Source: Vicinamibacterales bacterium (GTDB lineage: Bacteria; Acidobacteriota; Vicinamibacteria; Vicinamibacterales; UBA8438). From it: 64,000 bases of DNA. A program made the translations under genes and the position numbers. This document shows positions 9,967 through 20,900 of this stretch, one piece after another (the first letter of the stretch is position 1; each line of letters starts with the position of its first letter). The notes beneath the pieces were generated by a model, which saw only the letters and a list, made by a program, of their open reading frames with translations, did not search any database and was not told the DNA's origin. The stretch covers positions 1,765-65,764 of the forward strand of contig CBDBOU010000003.1 in NCBI GenBank assembly GCA_965208535.1, read 5' to 3'.

Positions 9967-11532
9967 TCACCTCGCCCAGCGGTCTGTTGCTGCAACCGGC
10001 GCGTCGCCGGGCTCGGCGGCGGCGTCCGGCGCGGTCCAGGCGCCGCCCAGCGCGCGATGGACCGCCAGCCGCGAAAGGGCCAGGTCGCGCTCGGAGGCAG
10101 CGAGCGCCGTCTCGATGTCGAGTAGCGTCCGCAGCGCGTCCAGATAGTCCACGTACCCGCCGACGCCGGAGGCGAAGCGCTCCGACTGGAAGTCCACCGT
10201 GGCTTGCGCCTCCGCGCGCCGCGAAGCGAGAAAGGCGTTGCGCTGGTCCTCGTGCTGTGCATCGGCCAACGCCGTTTCGACCTCGTTGACAGCCGTCACC
10301 ACCGTGCGGCCGTACGCGGCCGCGGCCTCGTTGAAGCGAATCTCGGCGAGCGTGACGTTGCTCTGGAGGCGATCGCCGTCAAGCACCGGCAGCAGCAGGT
10401 TCGCGGCCAGGTTGGAGAACCACTGGCGCACGTTGAAGAGTCCCGCCACCCGCGAGTTCTGCAGGCCGATCGTGCCGGCGAACGAAAGAGAGGGCAGCAG
10501 GTCCGCGCGCCGGATCTCGATCTGGTAGCCGGCAGCTTCCAGCCGGTGTCCGGCCGCCCGCACGTCCGGCCGCTGGTGCAGCAGATCGGCGGGTACGCCA
10601 ACCGGAACGGCGTCACCTCCGCCGGGCCGCGCGGGCGCGTCCGGCAGCAACGCTTCGACATCCCGGCGGTAGCCGCCCAGCAACACCGCCAGCCGCCCCA
10701 AAGCAGCGTCGAGCCGGCTCTCGAGCTGCGGCAGTCCGGCCTGCGTATCGAGCAGATCCTGGCGCACGCGGTAGATGTCCAGCGAACTGGCGAGCCCCCG
10801 CGTGTAGCGGGTCTCCGCCAGACCCTCCCGATCCTCGAGGACATCCACGGTCTCGCCCACAAGCTCGATCTGCCGCCGCAGACCGGCGACCTCGAAGTAG
10901 GTTGCGATGGTCTCGGCCAGCACGCCGATGCGGACGGTCTGATAGTCGGACTCCGACGCCAGGTACTCCGCGCCCGCAGCCAGCTCGCGGTTGCGGATGC
11001 GGCCCCAGAAGTCGAGCTCGTAGGCGAGGTCGGCGCCCACAGTGAACGTGGTGAGGCCCAGCCGCTCGGGCAGCGTGAAGTCGTCCGCGAAGTCCCCCAG
11101 CGCCTCGTCGAGGCCCAGCTCCTGAAGCTGCGCGCCGATGCCGGCGTTGGTGGGCACGCTGAAATACTCGACGGAGGCGCGCGCGCGCACGGTGGGGTAG
11201 AAGGCGGCGCGTGCGACGCGCGCGATCTCGCGGGCCCGCTGCACCCGCGCCACGGCTTCAGCCACATCGTGGTTGGCGTCGAGCGCCGCATCGACCAAGG
11301 CGTCGAGCGCCGGATGACGATAGGCGCGCCACCACTCCAGCGGCCGGTACGCGCCGGCCGCCGCGCCTGCGGCGAATCCGCCCGGCAACGTGCCGGCGAC
11401 CGCGGCGGGCGAGGCGACTACGGGCTTGGGCGCCTCGGGCGGTGGCACGACCGAACACCCCGAGACCAGGCACCCGGCCAGCAGGCCGCACACGACGGTT
11501 CTGACAGCGGTCATCTGCTGTGGGCCGCCCAT
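9967..11532 (-). CDS. Outer membrane efflux lipoprotein (TolC/NodT family)
   Basis: Lipobox LVSGC, YELDFWGR, PADLLHQRPDVRAA, EVETAL. The true start may be 11514. Confidence 0.93.
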   Translation of the reverse strand: MGGPQQMTAVRTVVCGLLAGCLVSGCSVVPPPEAPKPVVASPAAVAGTLPGGFAAGAAAGAYRPLEWWRAYRHPALDALVDAALDANHDVAEAVARVQRAREIARVARAAFYPTVRARASVEYFSVPTNAGIGAQLQELGLDEALGDFADDFTLPERLGLTTFTVGADLAYELDFWGRIRNRELAAGAEYLASESDYQTVRIGVLAETIATYFEVAGLRRQIELVGETVDVLEDREGLAETRYTRGLASSLDIYRVRQDLLDTQAGLPQLESRLDAALGRLAVLLGGYRRDVEALLPDAPARPGGGDAVPVGVPADLLHQRPDVRAAGHRLEAAGYQIEIRRADLLPSLSFAGTIGLQNSRVAGLFNVRQWFSNLAANLLLPVLDGDRLQSNVTLAEIRFNEAAAAYGRTVVTAVNEVETALADAQHEDQRNAFLASRRAEAQATVDFQSERFASGVGGYVDYLDALRTLLDIETALAASERDLALSRLAVHRALGGAWTAPDAAAEPGDAPVAATDRWAR

Positions 11533-11574
11533 ACCTCCCGTGCGCGGTATCGGCTCCTCCCGCTGCGGGCATTA

Positions 11575-12880
11575 GGCTTCTCGCCAAAATAAAGTAGTGA
11601 TTTATAAGAGTTGGTGTGTTATCGTCGGACTCCGTGGAGAACGCACTGACACAAGTGATTCAGGAGAAGTTTGCCGCGATTGGACCATTGCTCAACGAAA
11701 GGACTCGGCGGCGTTGGGCCGCGGTGGAGGCACGGGCACTCGGACGCGGTGGAATCGCGCGGGTCGCCGAGGCGACGGGGTTGTCGAGAGCGACGATCAG
11801 CGCGGGCCTGCAGGAATTGGCCGCAGGGCCGGAAGAAGACGATGCCGCGGGGCGGTTGCGCGGTCCTGGCGCTGGCCGCAAGGCGCTGGCCGAGCACGAC
11901 GCCGGCTTGGTGGCGGCATTGGAAAGGCTGGTCGACCCGGCGACGCGCGGCGACCCGACGGGGCCGTTGCGCTGGACTTGTAGCAGTGCGGCTCGGCTGT
12001 CGCGGGCACTCCAGGAAGGGGGCCATCGGGTCAGCGAGCGCTCGGTGAACCGGCTGCTGCACGCGTTGGGTTACAGTCTGCAAGCGAACCGTAAGACGCT
12101 GGAGGGGAAGCAGCATCCGGACCGGGACGCGCAGTTCAATCACATCAACCGCCGAGTGCGGGCTTTTCAGCGGCGGCGCCAACCGGTGGTGTCGGTAGAC
12201 ACGAAGAAAAAGGAGCTCGTCGGCCCGTTCGAAAACGCGGGGCGGGAGTGGCGTCCTCGCGGTCACCCGGAGGCGGTTCGGGTCCACGACTTTCCGGACA
12301 AGGCCCTCGGCAAGGCGATTCCGTACGGCGTGTACGATCTGACCCACGATGCCGGCTGGGTGAGCGTCGGCGTCGACCACGACACGGCGTCGTTCGCGGT
12401 GGAGACGTTGCGGCGGTGGTGGCGGCGGATGGGCTGCGTCTCGTATCCGGTGGCGCGCCGGTTGTTGATCACGGCTGACGGCGGCGGCTCGAACGGCAGC
12501 CGCAACCGTCTGTGGAAGTGGGAGTTGCAGCAGTTCGCCGACGAGATGGGGCTTCGGGTCTCGGTGTGCCACTTTCCGCCTGGGACGAGCAAGTGGAACA
12601 AGATCGAGCACCGGATGTTCTGTCACATCACGGAGAACTGGCGGGGCCGGCCGTTGGTGAGTCGGGAGGTGGTGGTGAACCTGATCGGCCACACGACGAC
12701 GCGGAGCGGCTTGGCGATTCGTTCCGAGTTGGACGAGAACAGCTACCCGACGGGACAGCCGGTGACGGCGGAACAGATGGAGAGTCTTTCGCTCAAGCGG
12801 GACAAGTTCCACGGCGATTGGAACTACAGTCTTACGCCGCGAGAGACCAAGAAATAATCAAGTTATTTTGGCGAGAAGCC
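11575..12880 (+). mobile_element. ISAzo13-family insertion sequence
   Basis: Perfect 18-bp terminal inverted repeats GGCTTCTCGCCAAAATAA (11575-11592 and 12863-12880), flanked by a 3-bp TTA duplication. Confidence 0.92.
11616..12857 (+). CDS. ISAzo13-family DDE transposase
   Basis: LNERTRRRWAA, SVDTKKKELVG, LITADGGGSN, PPGTSKWNKIEHR, FHGDWNY. Confidence 0.93.
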   Translation: MLSSDSVENALTQVIQEKFAAIGPLLNERTRRRWAAVEARALGRGGIARVAEATGLSRATISAGLQELAAGPEEDDAAGRLRGPGAGRKALAEHDAGLVAALERLVDPATRGDPTGPLRWTCSSAARLSRALQEGGHRVSERSVNRLLHALGYSLQANRKTLEGKQHPDRDAQFNHINRRVRAFQRRRQPVVSVDTKKKELVGPFENAGREWRPRGHPEAVRVHDFPDKALGKAIPYGVYDLTHDAGWVSVGVDHDTASFAVETLRRWWRRMGCVSYPVARRLLITADGGGSNGSRNRLWKWELQQFADEMGLRVSVCHFPPGTSKWNKIEHRMFCHITENWRGRPLVSREVVVNLIGHTTTRSGLAIRSELDENSYPTGQPVTAEQMESLSLKRDKFHGDWNYSLTPRETKK

Positions 12881-13230
12881 TTAGCCGCAACCGGCCGCGA
12901 TACGCCACCTGTCTCACGCCGCGATCCACAACATTCGGGTATACCTCCCTCCGATAACGGCGCTACGGCCACAGATGGCATCGTCGGGCCAGCACATCAT
13001 CCGCGCGTGTTCCCCGCCGTCAAGGCGCTCGCTGCCGCTCGCCCCGCCGCAGGCGGGCTTCGGCCTTGACACCGGGTCCGCGCGCGCTCCGAACCGGCAA
13101 TCGCCCGACGACGCCGGCCCCTGACACTGCCAGACGCCAACCGCCCTGCGCTCGACCGAGCCCTGCCCCAGTGGCGGAGAGACGACCTTGACCCCCAGGT
13201 CGAGCACCCCTCGAAGAACGAGAATCAGAG

Positions 13231-13485
13231 ATGCTCGACGAGAAGGTGCTCCGCCGGCTGCTGGAGCGGCAGCGGGTGGCCGCCGTTCCTCACGGCTTCC
13301 GCTCCTCGTTTCGAGGCTGGGCGGCTGAAGCGACGGAGCACCGTCGGGAGGTCATCGAGGCGGCGCTGACCCATGTGGTCCACGACAAGGTCGAAGCGGC
13401 GTATGCGCGGTCGGACCTGTTCGAGCGGCGGCGGTTGATGGACGACTGGTCGACCTGTCTCGGCCGGGAACGCCGGAGATGCTAA
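13231..13485 (+). pseudogene. P4-type tyrosine integrase catalytic C-terminal fragment
   Basis: VPHGFRSSFRGWAAE..EAALTH..VEAAYARSDLFERRRLMDDW carries the HxxR, H and catalytic Y residues. The N-terminal part is missing. Confidence 0.85.
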
Positions 13486-14009
13486 GCCGCACGGTCACGC
13501 AGGCCGTGGCGGACACGACGCACCGCCGCAACCGCCGCAAGGGCAATAGCCAGCAACAGGCAGATCGAGACCGCGTACCCCTTCGACAGGGTGAACCACG
13601 AGGCGACCGCCACCTGCCCGGCGGACACGTCCGGGTATCGGGTCAGCATGAGGACCACCTGGACGTTCTCGCACAGGTCGAGCATTCCCGCCGCCAGCGG
13701 CAGACAGGCCAGATTCCAGAGCCGTTCGGTTGGTCGGAAGCGGTGGACGAATCCGGCCAGGAAGCTGACGTACACGAACGGCAGCAACGTGTCCAGCGTG
13801 AGGCTGGACCACGCATACACCTGCCGCCCGCGCTCACCATAGCTCTCCATCGCGGCAACGGCCTCGGCGTAGGTGTAGCCTGCCTTCACGTCGAGCATTT
13901 CGCCGCCGATGGGCAGAGCGGGGAACACCACGACGAGCAGCACCAGCGTCGCGACCAGCGTGGCGCTGAGAGCCGGCGTTCTGCTGGCGGACTCGACGTA
14001 CTTCCTCAT
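13482..14009 (-). CDS. Hypothetical integral membrane protein (about 4 TM helices)
   Basis: 175-aa ORF with hydrophobic segments and GYT..YGERGRQVY..LDTLLP / DLCEN motifs; codon usage is plausible. Confidence 0.7.
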   Translation of the reverse strand: MRKYVESASRTPALSATLVATLVLLVVVFPALPIGGEMLDVKAGYTYAEAVAAMESYGERGRQVYAWSSLTLDTLLPFVYVSFLAGFVHRFRPTERLWNLACLPLAAGMLDLCENVQVVLMLTRYPDVSAGQVAVASWFTLSKGYAVSICLLLAIALAAVAAVRRVRHGLRDRAA

Positions 14010-14628
14010 GCTCTTCGCCTCCGGTGCCGGTGCCGCGAGCGGCGACCCGTGCCGCCCCCCGAGACCGGGCGGCGGTGCGGCCAGCCTGCGCCTCGGTGCT
14101 TTAGTCTATCGGGCTGGCGGCTGGCTTGCGCCGGCGCCGGGCACGAAACGTGTGGAACGGCTATGCCGTCGCGGTGCGCGACGGCGGCGGCGCGATGCCG
14201 GAGGTCGGGGGGACGTGGTCGACCAGGCTGCCGGGTTTTTCCTCCAGCGATGGGAATCTGGTTCGGCGCGCCATATAACCCGCCTGTGGCGGGGCGAGCG
14301 GCAGCGAGCGCCTGGACGCCCGAGTTCCGACGAGTGGCTGATGTGGCGCCGGACGCTCGACGGCTGGGGCTTCTGACGCCGGAGTTGATTAACCAATTGG
14401 ACGAACCCGGATCCGGTGCCGTTTGCTGGTCGTCGGCCGCGCGCCAGCGCCTCACGCCCGTCGTCGGGGCGCTGGCGGGTTGGGCGGGTTGGCGTCGATC
14501 TTGTGTGTCTCCGGGGATTCGGGCCAAAATAGCTGGCTTGTGCGCCCGGATTCGGGTCAACCGGGCGGGTCGTCTCTCGGGGGATCGGTTGCGAATCGAG
14601 GAGTGGAGTGTTGCTTTGCGCGATGGAC

Positions 14629-14657
14629 TTGACAACGCGGGCTGGACGTGGTTCTCT
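14629..14657 (+). promoter_or_regulatory. Putative sigma70-like promoter of adhesin 1
   Basis: TTGACA-N17-TTCTCT with TG at the extended -10 position. The cassette is about 27/33 identical to the one upstream of adhesin 2. The -10 box is non-consensus. Confidence 0.45.
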
Positions 14658-14660
14658 CGT

Positions 14661-14750
14661 GAGCGCAGAGCGCAGAGCGCAGAGCGCAGAGCGCAGAGCG
14701 CAGAGCGCAGAGCGCAGAGCGCAGAGCGCAGAGCGCAGAGCGCAGAGCGC
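14661..14750 (+). repeat. Heptanucleotide simple sequence repeat (GAGCGCA) x 12.9
   Basis: Perfect tandem 7-mer over 90 bp. Confidence 0.97.
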
Positions 14751-14912
14751 CTCGGTGCGGCTTGTGACGCTGGGCTGAGGCCACGGCCCCTCGGGAAGGG
14801 GCGGCCCGGATTCCCGGCCGCCGCATTCTTTTCCTCCCTGCTCCTCCGGATACCCGCAGACGGCCAGGACTCGACTCCGCCGGGTCGGGGCGCGGGTGCT
14901 GCCGTTCGCGGC

Positions 14913-17900
14913 ATGCTGCGCGGCTTGCTGGCGCCCTTCGTCTGCCTGGCGCTGCACGCCGCCCTCGCACCCGGCGCCGCCGCGCAGACACCGGTCCCGC
15001 ATGACTGGGCATTGACGCCGGCGGGTTTGGACGCGGGCGACCAGTTCCGGTTGCTTGTCGTCACCAACGCTTCAGACTTGGCCACGAACCCTTATATAAG
15101 CCCTTACGACCAAGTGGTGCAGAGAGAAATTCGCCTCGGCCACCAAGCCATCCGGTCCTACAGTCCGCATTTCCGTGTGCTCGCTTCGTCGGCCGGCACT
15201 CTCGAGTTCGCAATTCCCGTCCCACCGGTGGTGGCCCGCGACCACACCTCGACCACCGGTACGGGCGTGCCGATCTACTGGCTGAACGGCGCCAAGGTCG
15301 CCGACGACTATACGGATTTCTACGATGGGACCTGGGACAGCAACGAGGCGCGGATCGCATCGGGCGCCCGGAAGACCGTCACCCTCGTCTGGACGGGCAG
15401 CAACGCGGACGGCACCTCGTTCTCCGGCCAGGAACTCGGCAACGCCGGCACTATTGATGGCAGGGAAGGCGAGGATCTGGTCCGGGTCGGTTCTCTGGCG
15501 TCCACCAGCAACACGATCTCGTCTGGGTCCGAGCGCAGCAGGCGGCGTCTGCCCGTCTACGGTCTGTCCCCGGTGTTCGTGGTGCTACCCGCGGTGACCA
15601 TCACGGGCGGCGCCGCGGTGACCGAAGGCGACGCTGCCTCGTTCACCATCACGGCCTCCGCGGCTCCGAAGGCGAACCTGACGGTGAATCTGTCGGTGGC
15701 CGACGTGGCGGGCAGCGACTTCGTGGCGGCCACCAACGAAGGCAACAAGTCGGTCACCATCACCGCCGGCCAAACCACCGCCACCTACACCGTGGACACG
15801 GTGGACGACGGCGTGAACGAGGCCAGCGGCGCGGTCACGGTCACGGTGAAGGACGGCACGGGCTACAGCGTCGGCACGCCGTCGTCGGCGGGCGTGACGG
15901 TCAACGACGACGACGCGCCCGAGTTGACCATCACGGGCGGCGCCGGGGTGGCCGAGGGCGGGACCGCCTCGTACACCATCACGGCGACCGTGGCGCCAGC
16001 GGCGGATCTGACGGTGAACCTGTCGGTGGCCGACCCGGCGGGCAGCGACTTCGTGGCCGACGACGACGAAGGCAGCAAGACCGTCACCCTCGCCGCCGGC
16101 GCGACCACCGCCACCTACACGGTGGACACGGTGAGCGACACCGGCGCGGCGGGGGACGAGGCCAGCGGCCCGGTCACGGTCACGGTGGAGACCGGCACGG
16201 GCTACCGCGTCGGGACGCCGTCGTCGGCGGGCGTGAGGGTCACCGACAACGACGTGACGACGGTGACGCTGGAGGGGGTGGCGGTGAACCTGCCCGAGGG
16301 GTCGAGCCTGGACTTCTCGGTCCGTCTGAACCGCGCGCTGGTCTCCGGCGAGACGCTGCCGGTGCCGGTGACCTTCGGCGGGGAGGCGTCCCTGGCCGAC
16401 TTCTCGGTCACGTGTCCCTCGCCGCTGCCGACGGGCGTCAGTTGCGCCGGTCTGGCGACGACCAGCGCGACGGTCACCTTCACCGGCCCGTCGGCCAACC
16501 TGGCGACCCTGACGGTGACCTCGGTCCAGGACGACACGGCGGAGGCCGATCCCGAGTCGTTGGTGATCGGTCTCGGGACGCTGGGCGCGACCTCCGGCAC
16601 CGGGCTGGACGGCGGCGTGACCGGGGTGGACAACCTGGCTGACTTCAACCTCGTGGACGCGATCGGGGTCGCGCTGTCCTTCAGCGTGGAGGGCGTTTCC
16701 GTTCGCGAGGGAGACTCGGACCCCAACACCGGCGTGGCGCGGTTCAGCGCCTACGTCGCGAGCGGGAACGTGCCGGAGGGCGGCGTGGTCATCCCCTTCT
16801 CGATCAACTCCGGAACCGCGCAGGCGAACGACGCCTCGAGCGCCGACTACGGCACGGTTCCGGCGGGCATCTCCATCGCGGCCGGGGGGCTGCAAGGCAC
16901 GGCGACGCTGAGCATCGTGGACGACACGGTGGACGAGCTGCGCGAGAACATCCGCTTCCGCGTCACCGAGCTGCCGCCCGGCTACCGGTTCCATGGGGGA
17001 GCCTTCGACACCGCGAACAGCGTAGTGTCGATCCTGGACAACGACTCCACGCCGGTGAGCCTGAACCTGACGGGCGGCGGGACGTTCACCGAGCAGGACA
17101 CGACCACCTCAGCGGCGATCAGGATCCGTACGGCGCGCCGGATGTCCAACGACCCGCTGAACCCTCTCGGCGCCGAGGCGGTCATGGTGCCGCTGATGCT
17201 GGCCAGCACGACGGGGGCGGCGCTGCCCGGTTCGGCGAGTCCGATGTTCGCGGTCACGGCGTCGGGCACGGGCGTGTCGATCAGCGGGGAGAACACGGCC
17301 ACGCCGACGATCACGTTCACGGGGCACGCCACCAACATGGTGCAGGAGGCGACGGTCACGTTCACGGCGACGGCCAACGGCGACGCCGACGCGACGGCGG
17401 AGACGGTGACGGTGACGATGGGCACGCCGACGAGCACGAACGTGGACGGCGGCGTGAGCGCCACGATGGCGAACTCGGCGACGCTGACCATCGCCGACGA
17501 CGACGGGGCGCCGCAGCTCGCGGTGGCGCTGGTCGGCACCGACCTTGCGCGGGTGAGCGTGAGCGAGGGCGAAACCGCGAGGATTCGGGTGCGGCGGCAC
17601 GGGGGCGACAAGTCGGCGGCGCTGAGCTTCAGCGCGACGGCGACCGACGCCGACGGCTTCAGCGGCACGTTCTCCAGCGTGACGAGCATCCCGGCCGGCC
17701 AGCGGTCGGTGGACATCACCTACTCGGTGGCCGAGGACACCGCCGACGTGCCGCGGGGCGAGGCCACCTATGTGTTGAACGCCAATTCCGCCTACACGCT
17801 CTCGTCAATGGTCTCGGTGTCGCTGGAGGTCGTGGACAACGACGCGACGCGGGTGCTGTTGACGGCCGCGGACGACGACCTGGTGGAGGGTAACGTCAAG

Positions 17901-20900
17901 GGGGTGACCATGTCGCTCGGCCGGGGTCTGGTGTCGGGCGAGGCGCTGGTGGTGCCGCTGACCTTCGGCGGCACGGCGACGCGGGGCACGGACTACACGC
18001 TGGAAGGGACGCCCGGGCGCGGTGTGAGCGTCCAGAACCTGAACAGCGGCAGCGCCAGCGTCACCTTCACGGGCCCGGAAACGGGCGAGACCAGTACGAC
18101 TTTCTCAATGTTCCTGACCGCCGAGCCGGACGAGGTGGAGGAGCCGGACGGCGAGACCGTGGAGCTCGGCCTGGGGACGCTGAACGAGAACTCCGGCACC
18201 GGCCTGGACGGCGGCGCCAGCGCCAGCGGCGAGGAGTCGTTCAGCATCCAGGATTCGGTGCCCAACGCGGTGAACCTGTCGGTCAGCGACGACGGCGATG
18301 CGACCGAGGGCGGCGAGGCGCTGACCATCACGGCGACCCTGGACCGCGCCAACGCCACCGGCGCCGCGATCAGCATCCCCATCCAGGCGGATGCGGACGG
18401 CACGACCGCGCAGGCCGCGGACTACACGGTGGCGTCGAGCATCAGCATCGCCAACAACGCGCAGAGCGGCACGACCTCGTTCACGGCGACGGACGACGAT
18501 GTCGCCGAGAGCATCGAGACGGTCCTGATGGAGCTGGGAGGCACCCTGCCGGACGGCGTCGTCTCGGGCGAGGCGAACGACGTCGGCATCTCGATTACCG
18601 ACAACGACACGGCAGGTCTGGTCATCTCGCCGACCTCGCTGGGGGTGGCCGAAGGCGACGACGCGAGCTACACGGTCGAGCTGGCGACGCTGCCGACGGG
18701 GACGGTGACGGTGGCGATCACGGTGCCGGCGGGCACGGACCTGACGCTGGACACGACGAGCCTGACGTTCTCGACCTCGACGTGGGACGACGCGCAGACG
18801 GTGACGGTGACGGCGGGCGAGGACGACGACACGACGGACGACACGGCGACGCTGACGCACGACGCCTCGGGGGGCGGCTACGACAACCTGGGGCGGGAAC
18901 TCGCGGTCACGGTGACCGACAACGACGCGGCGGGCCTGGTGCTCTCGCCGACCTCATTGGAGGTGGACGAAGGCGACGACGCGAGCTACACGGTGAAGCT
19001 GGCGGCGGCGCCGTCGAGCACGGTGACGGTGACGGTCACGGGCCATTCGGGCACGGACCTGACGCTGGACACGACGAGCCTGACGTTCTCGACCTCGACG
19101 TGGAACACGGCGCAGACGGTGACGGTGACGGCGGGCGAGGACGACGACACGACGGACGACACGGCGACGCTGGCGCACGAGGCCTCGGGGGGCGGCTACG
19201 ACGCCGTGGAGGCGGACCTCGCGGTGACCGTCAGCGACGATGACACGGCGGGCCTGGTGCTCTCGCCGACCTCGTTGGAGGTGGACGAAGGCGACGACGC
19301 GAGCTACACGGTGAAGCTGGCGACCGCGCCGTCGAGCACGGTGACGGTGACGGTCACGGGCCATTCGGGCACGGACCTGACGCTGGACACGACGAGCCTG
19401 ACGTTCACGACCTCGACGTGGGACGACGCGCAGACGGTGACGGTGACGGCGGGCGAGGACGACGACACGACGGACGACACGGCGACGCTGGCGCACGAAG
19501 CCTCGGGGGGCGGCTACGTCGACGTGGAGGCGGACTTGGCGGTGACGGTCAGCGACGACGACACGCCCGGTCTGATCTTCTCGCCGACCTCGCTGGGGGT
19601 GGCCGAGGGCGACGACGCGAGCTACACGGTCAGGCTCGCCACCCAGCCGTCGAGCACGGTGACGGTGGCGGTCACGGGCCATTCGGGCACGGACCTGACG
19701 CTGGACACGACGAGCCTTACGTTCTCGACCTCGACGTGGAACGCCGTGCAGACGGTGACGGTTTCTGCGGGCGACGACGCCGACCTGACGAACGACACGG
19801 CGACGCTGACGCACACGGCCTCGGGAGGCGGCTACTCGGTGACGGCGCCCCTTGTGGTGACGGTGACCGACGACGACCAACTGCCGGTGGTCTCGTTCGC
19901 CTCGTCGTCGTCGAGCGCGGGCGAGGGTTCGGGCACGCGCAACGTGACGGTGGACTTGTCGCCGGCGCCGGCTGCCGCGATCACGGTGAGCTACACGGTG
20001 GGCGGCACGGCGACGGCGGGCAGCGACTTCAGCATCAGCGGCTCGGGGACGCTGTCGGTCGCGTCGGGGGCCACGATGGCGACCATCCCGGTGGCGATCA
20101 CCGACGACACGGCGGACGAGAGCAACGAGACGGTCGTCCTGACGCTGGCGACGGGCAGCGGCTACACGCTGGGGAGCCGGAACACCCACACCCTGACGAT
20201 CACGGACGACGACGGCACGACGCCGCCGCCGCCGACGCCGACGGTGAGCCTGTCGGCCGCGCCGAACCCGGTCGACGAAGGCGGCTCGGTGACGGTGACG
20301 GCGCGGTTGTCCGAGGCGCTGTCGGGCAGCGTGACGGTCCCGCTCGTGCTGACGGCGGGTACGGCAGAGCCGGAGGACTACGGCTCGCTGGCGAGCATCA
20401 CCATCAACGGCGGGCAGACCACGGGGACGGGCATGGTGACGACGGCGCAGGACGCCGACGAGGACACCGAGACGTTCACCGTGGCGCTGGGCAGCTTGCC
20501 GTCGGACGTGACGGCGGGCAGCCCGTCGTCGGTCGTGGTGACGATCCGCGACGACGATGGGACGACCGAGCCGCCGGAGCCGGTGAACACTCCGCCCACG
20601 GTGCGGGCGTCGTGCGACCCGTGCGCGACGCCGCCGGGCGGCGAGGTGGGTCTGACGGCGACGGCGTCCGACCCCGACGGCGACTCGCTGACCTACCGCT
20701 GGAGCGCGACCGCGGGGCGTTTCGACGGCCCCACCGACCGGTCGACCGCGCGGTGGACGGCGCCGGCCGAGCCGGGGCGCGTGACGATCACCGTGCGGGT
20801 CTCGGACGGCGAGGACTCGGTGTCGGCCACCGTCACCGTGGAGGTCGTCAACCGGGCGCCGGCGTTCAAGGAGTCGGTCTACCGCTTCGAGCTGGCGGAG

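Noticed and set aside
14386-14398. Imperfect palindrome TTGATTAACCAA as an operator
   Set aside because: A single short site with no regulator gene nearby; insufficient evidence.
13479-14912. N-terminal 478 aa of the 3254-aa ORF as real protein
   Set aside because: It overlaps a plausible opposite-strand gene and non-coding DNA, and a good signal peptide only begins at 14913.
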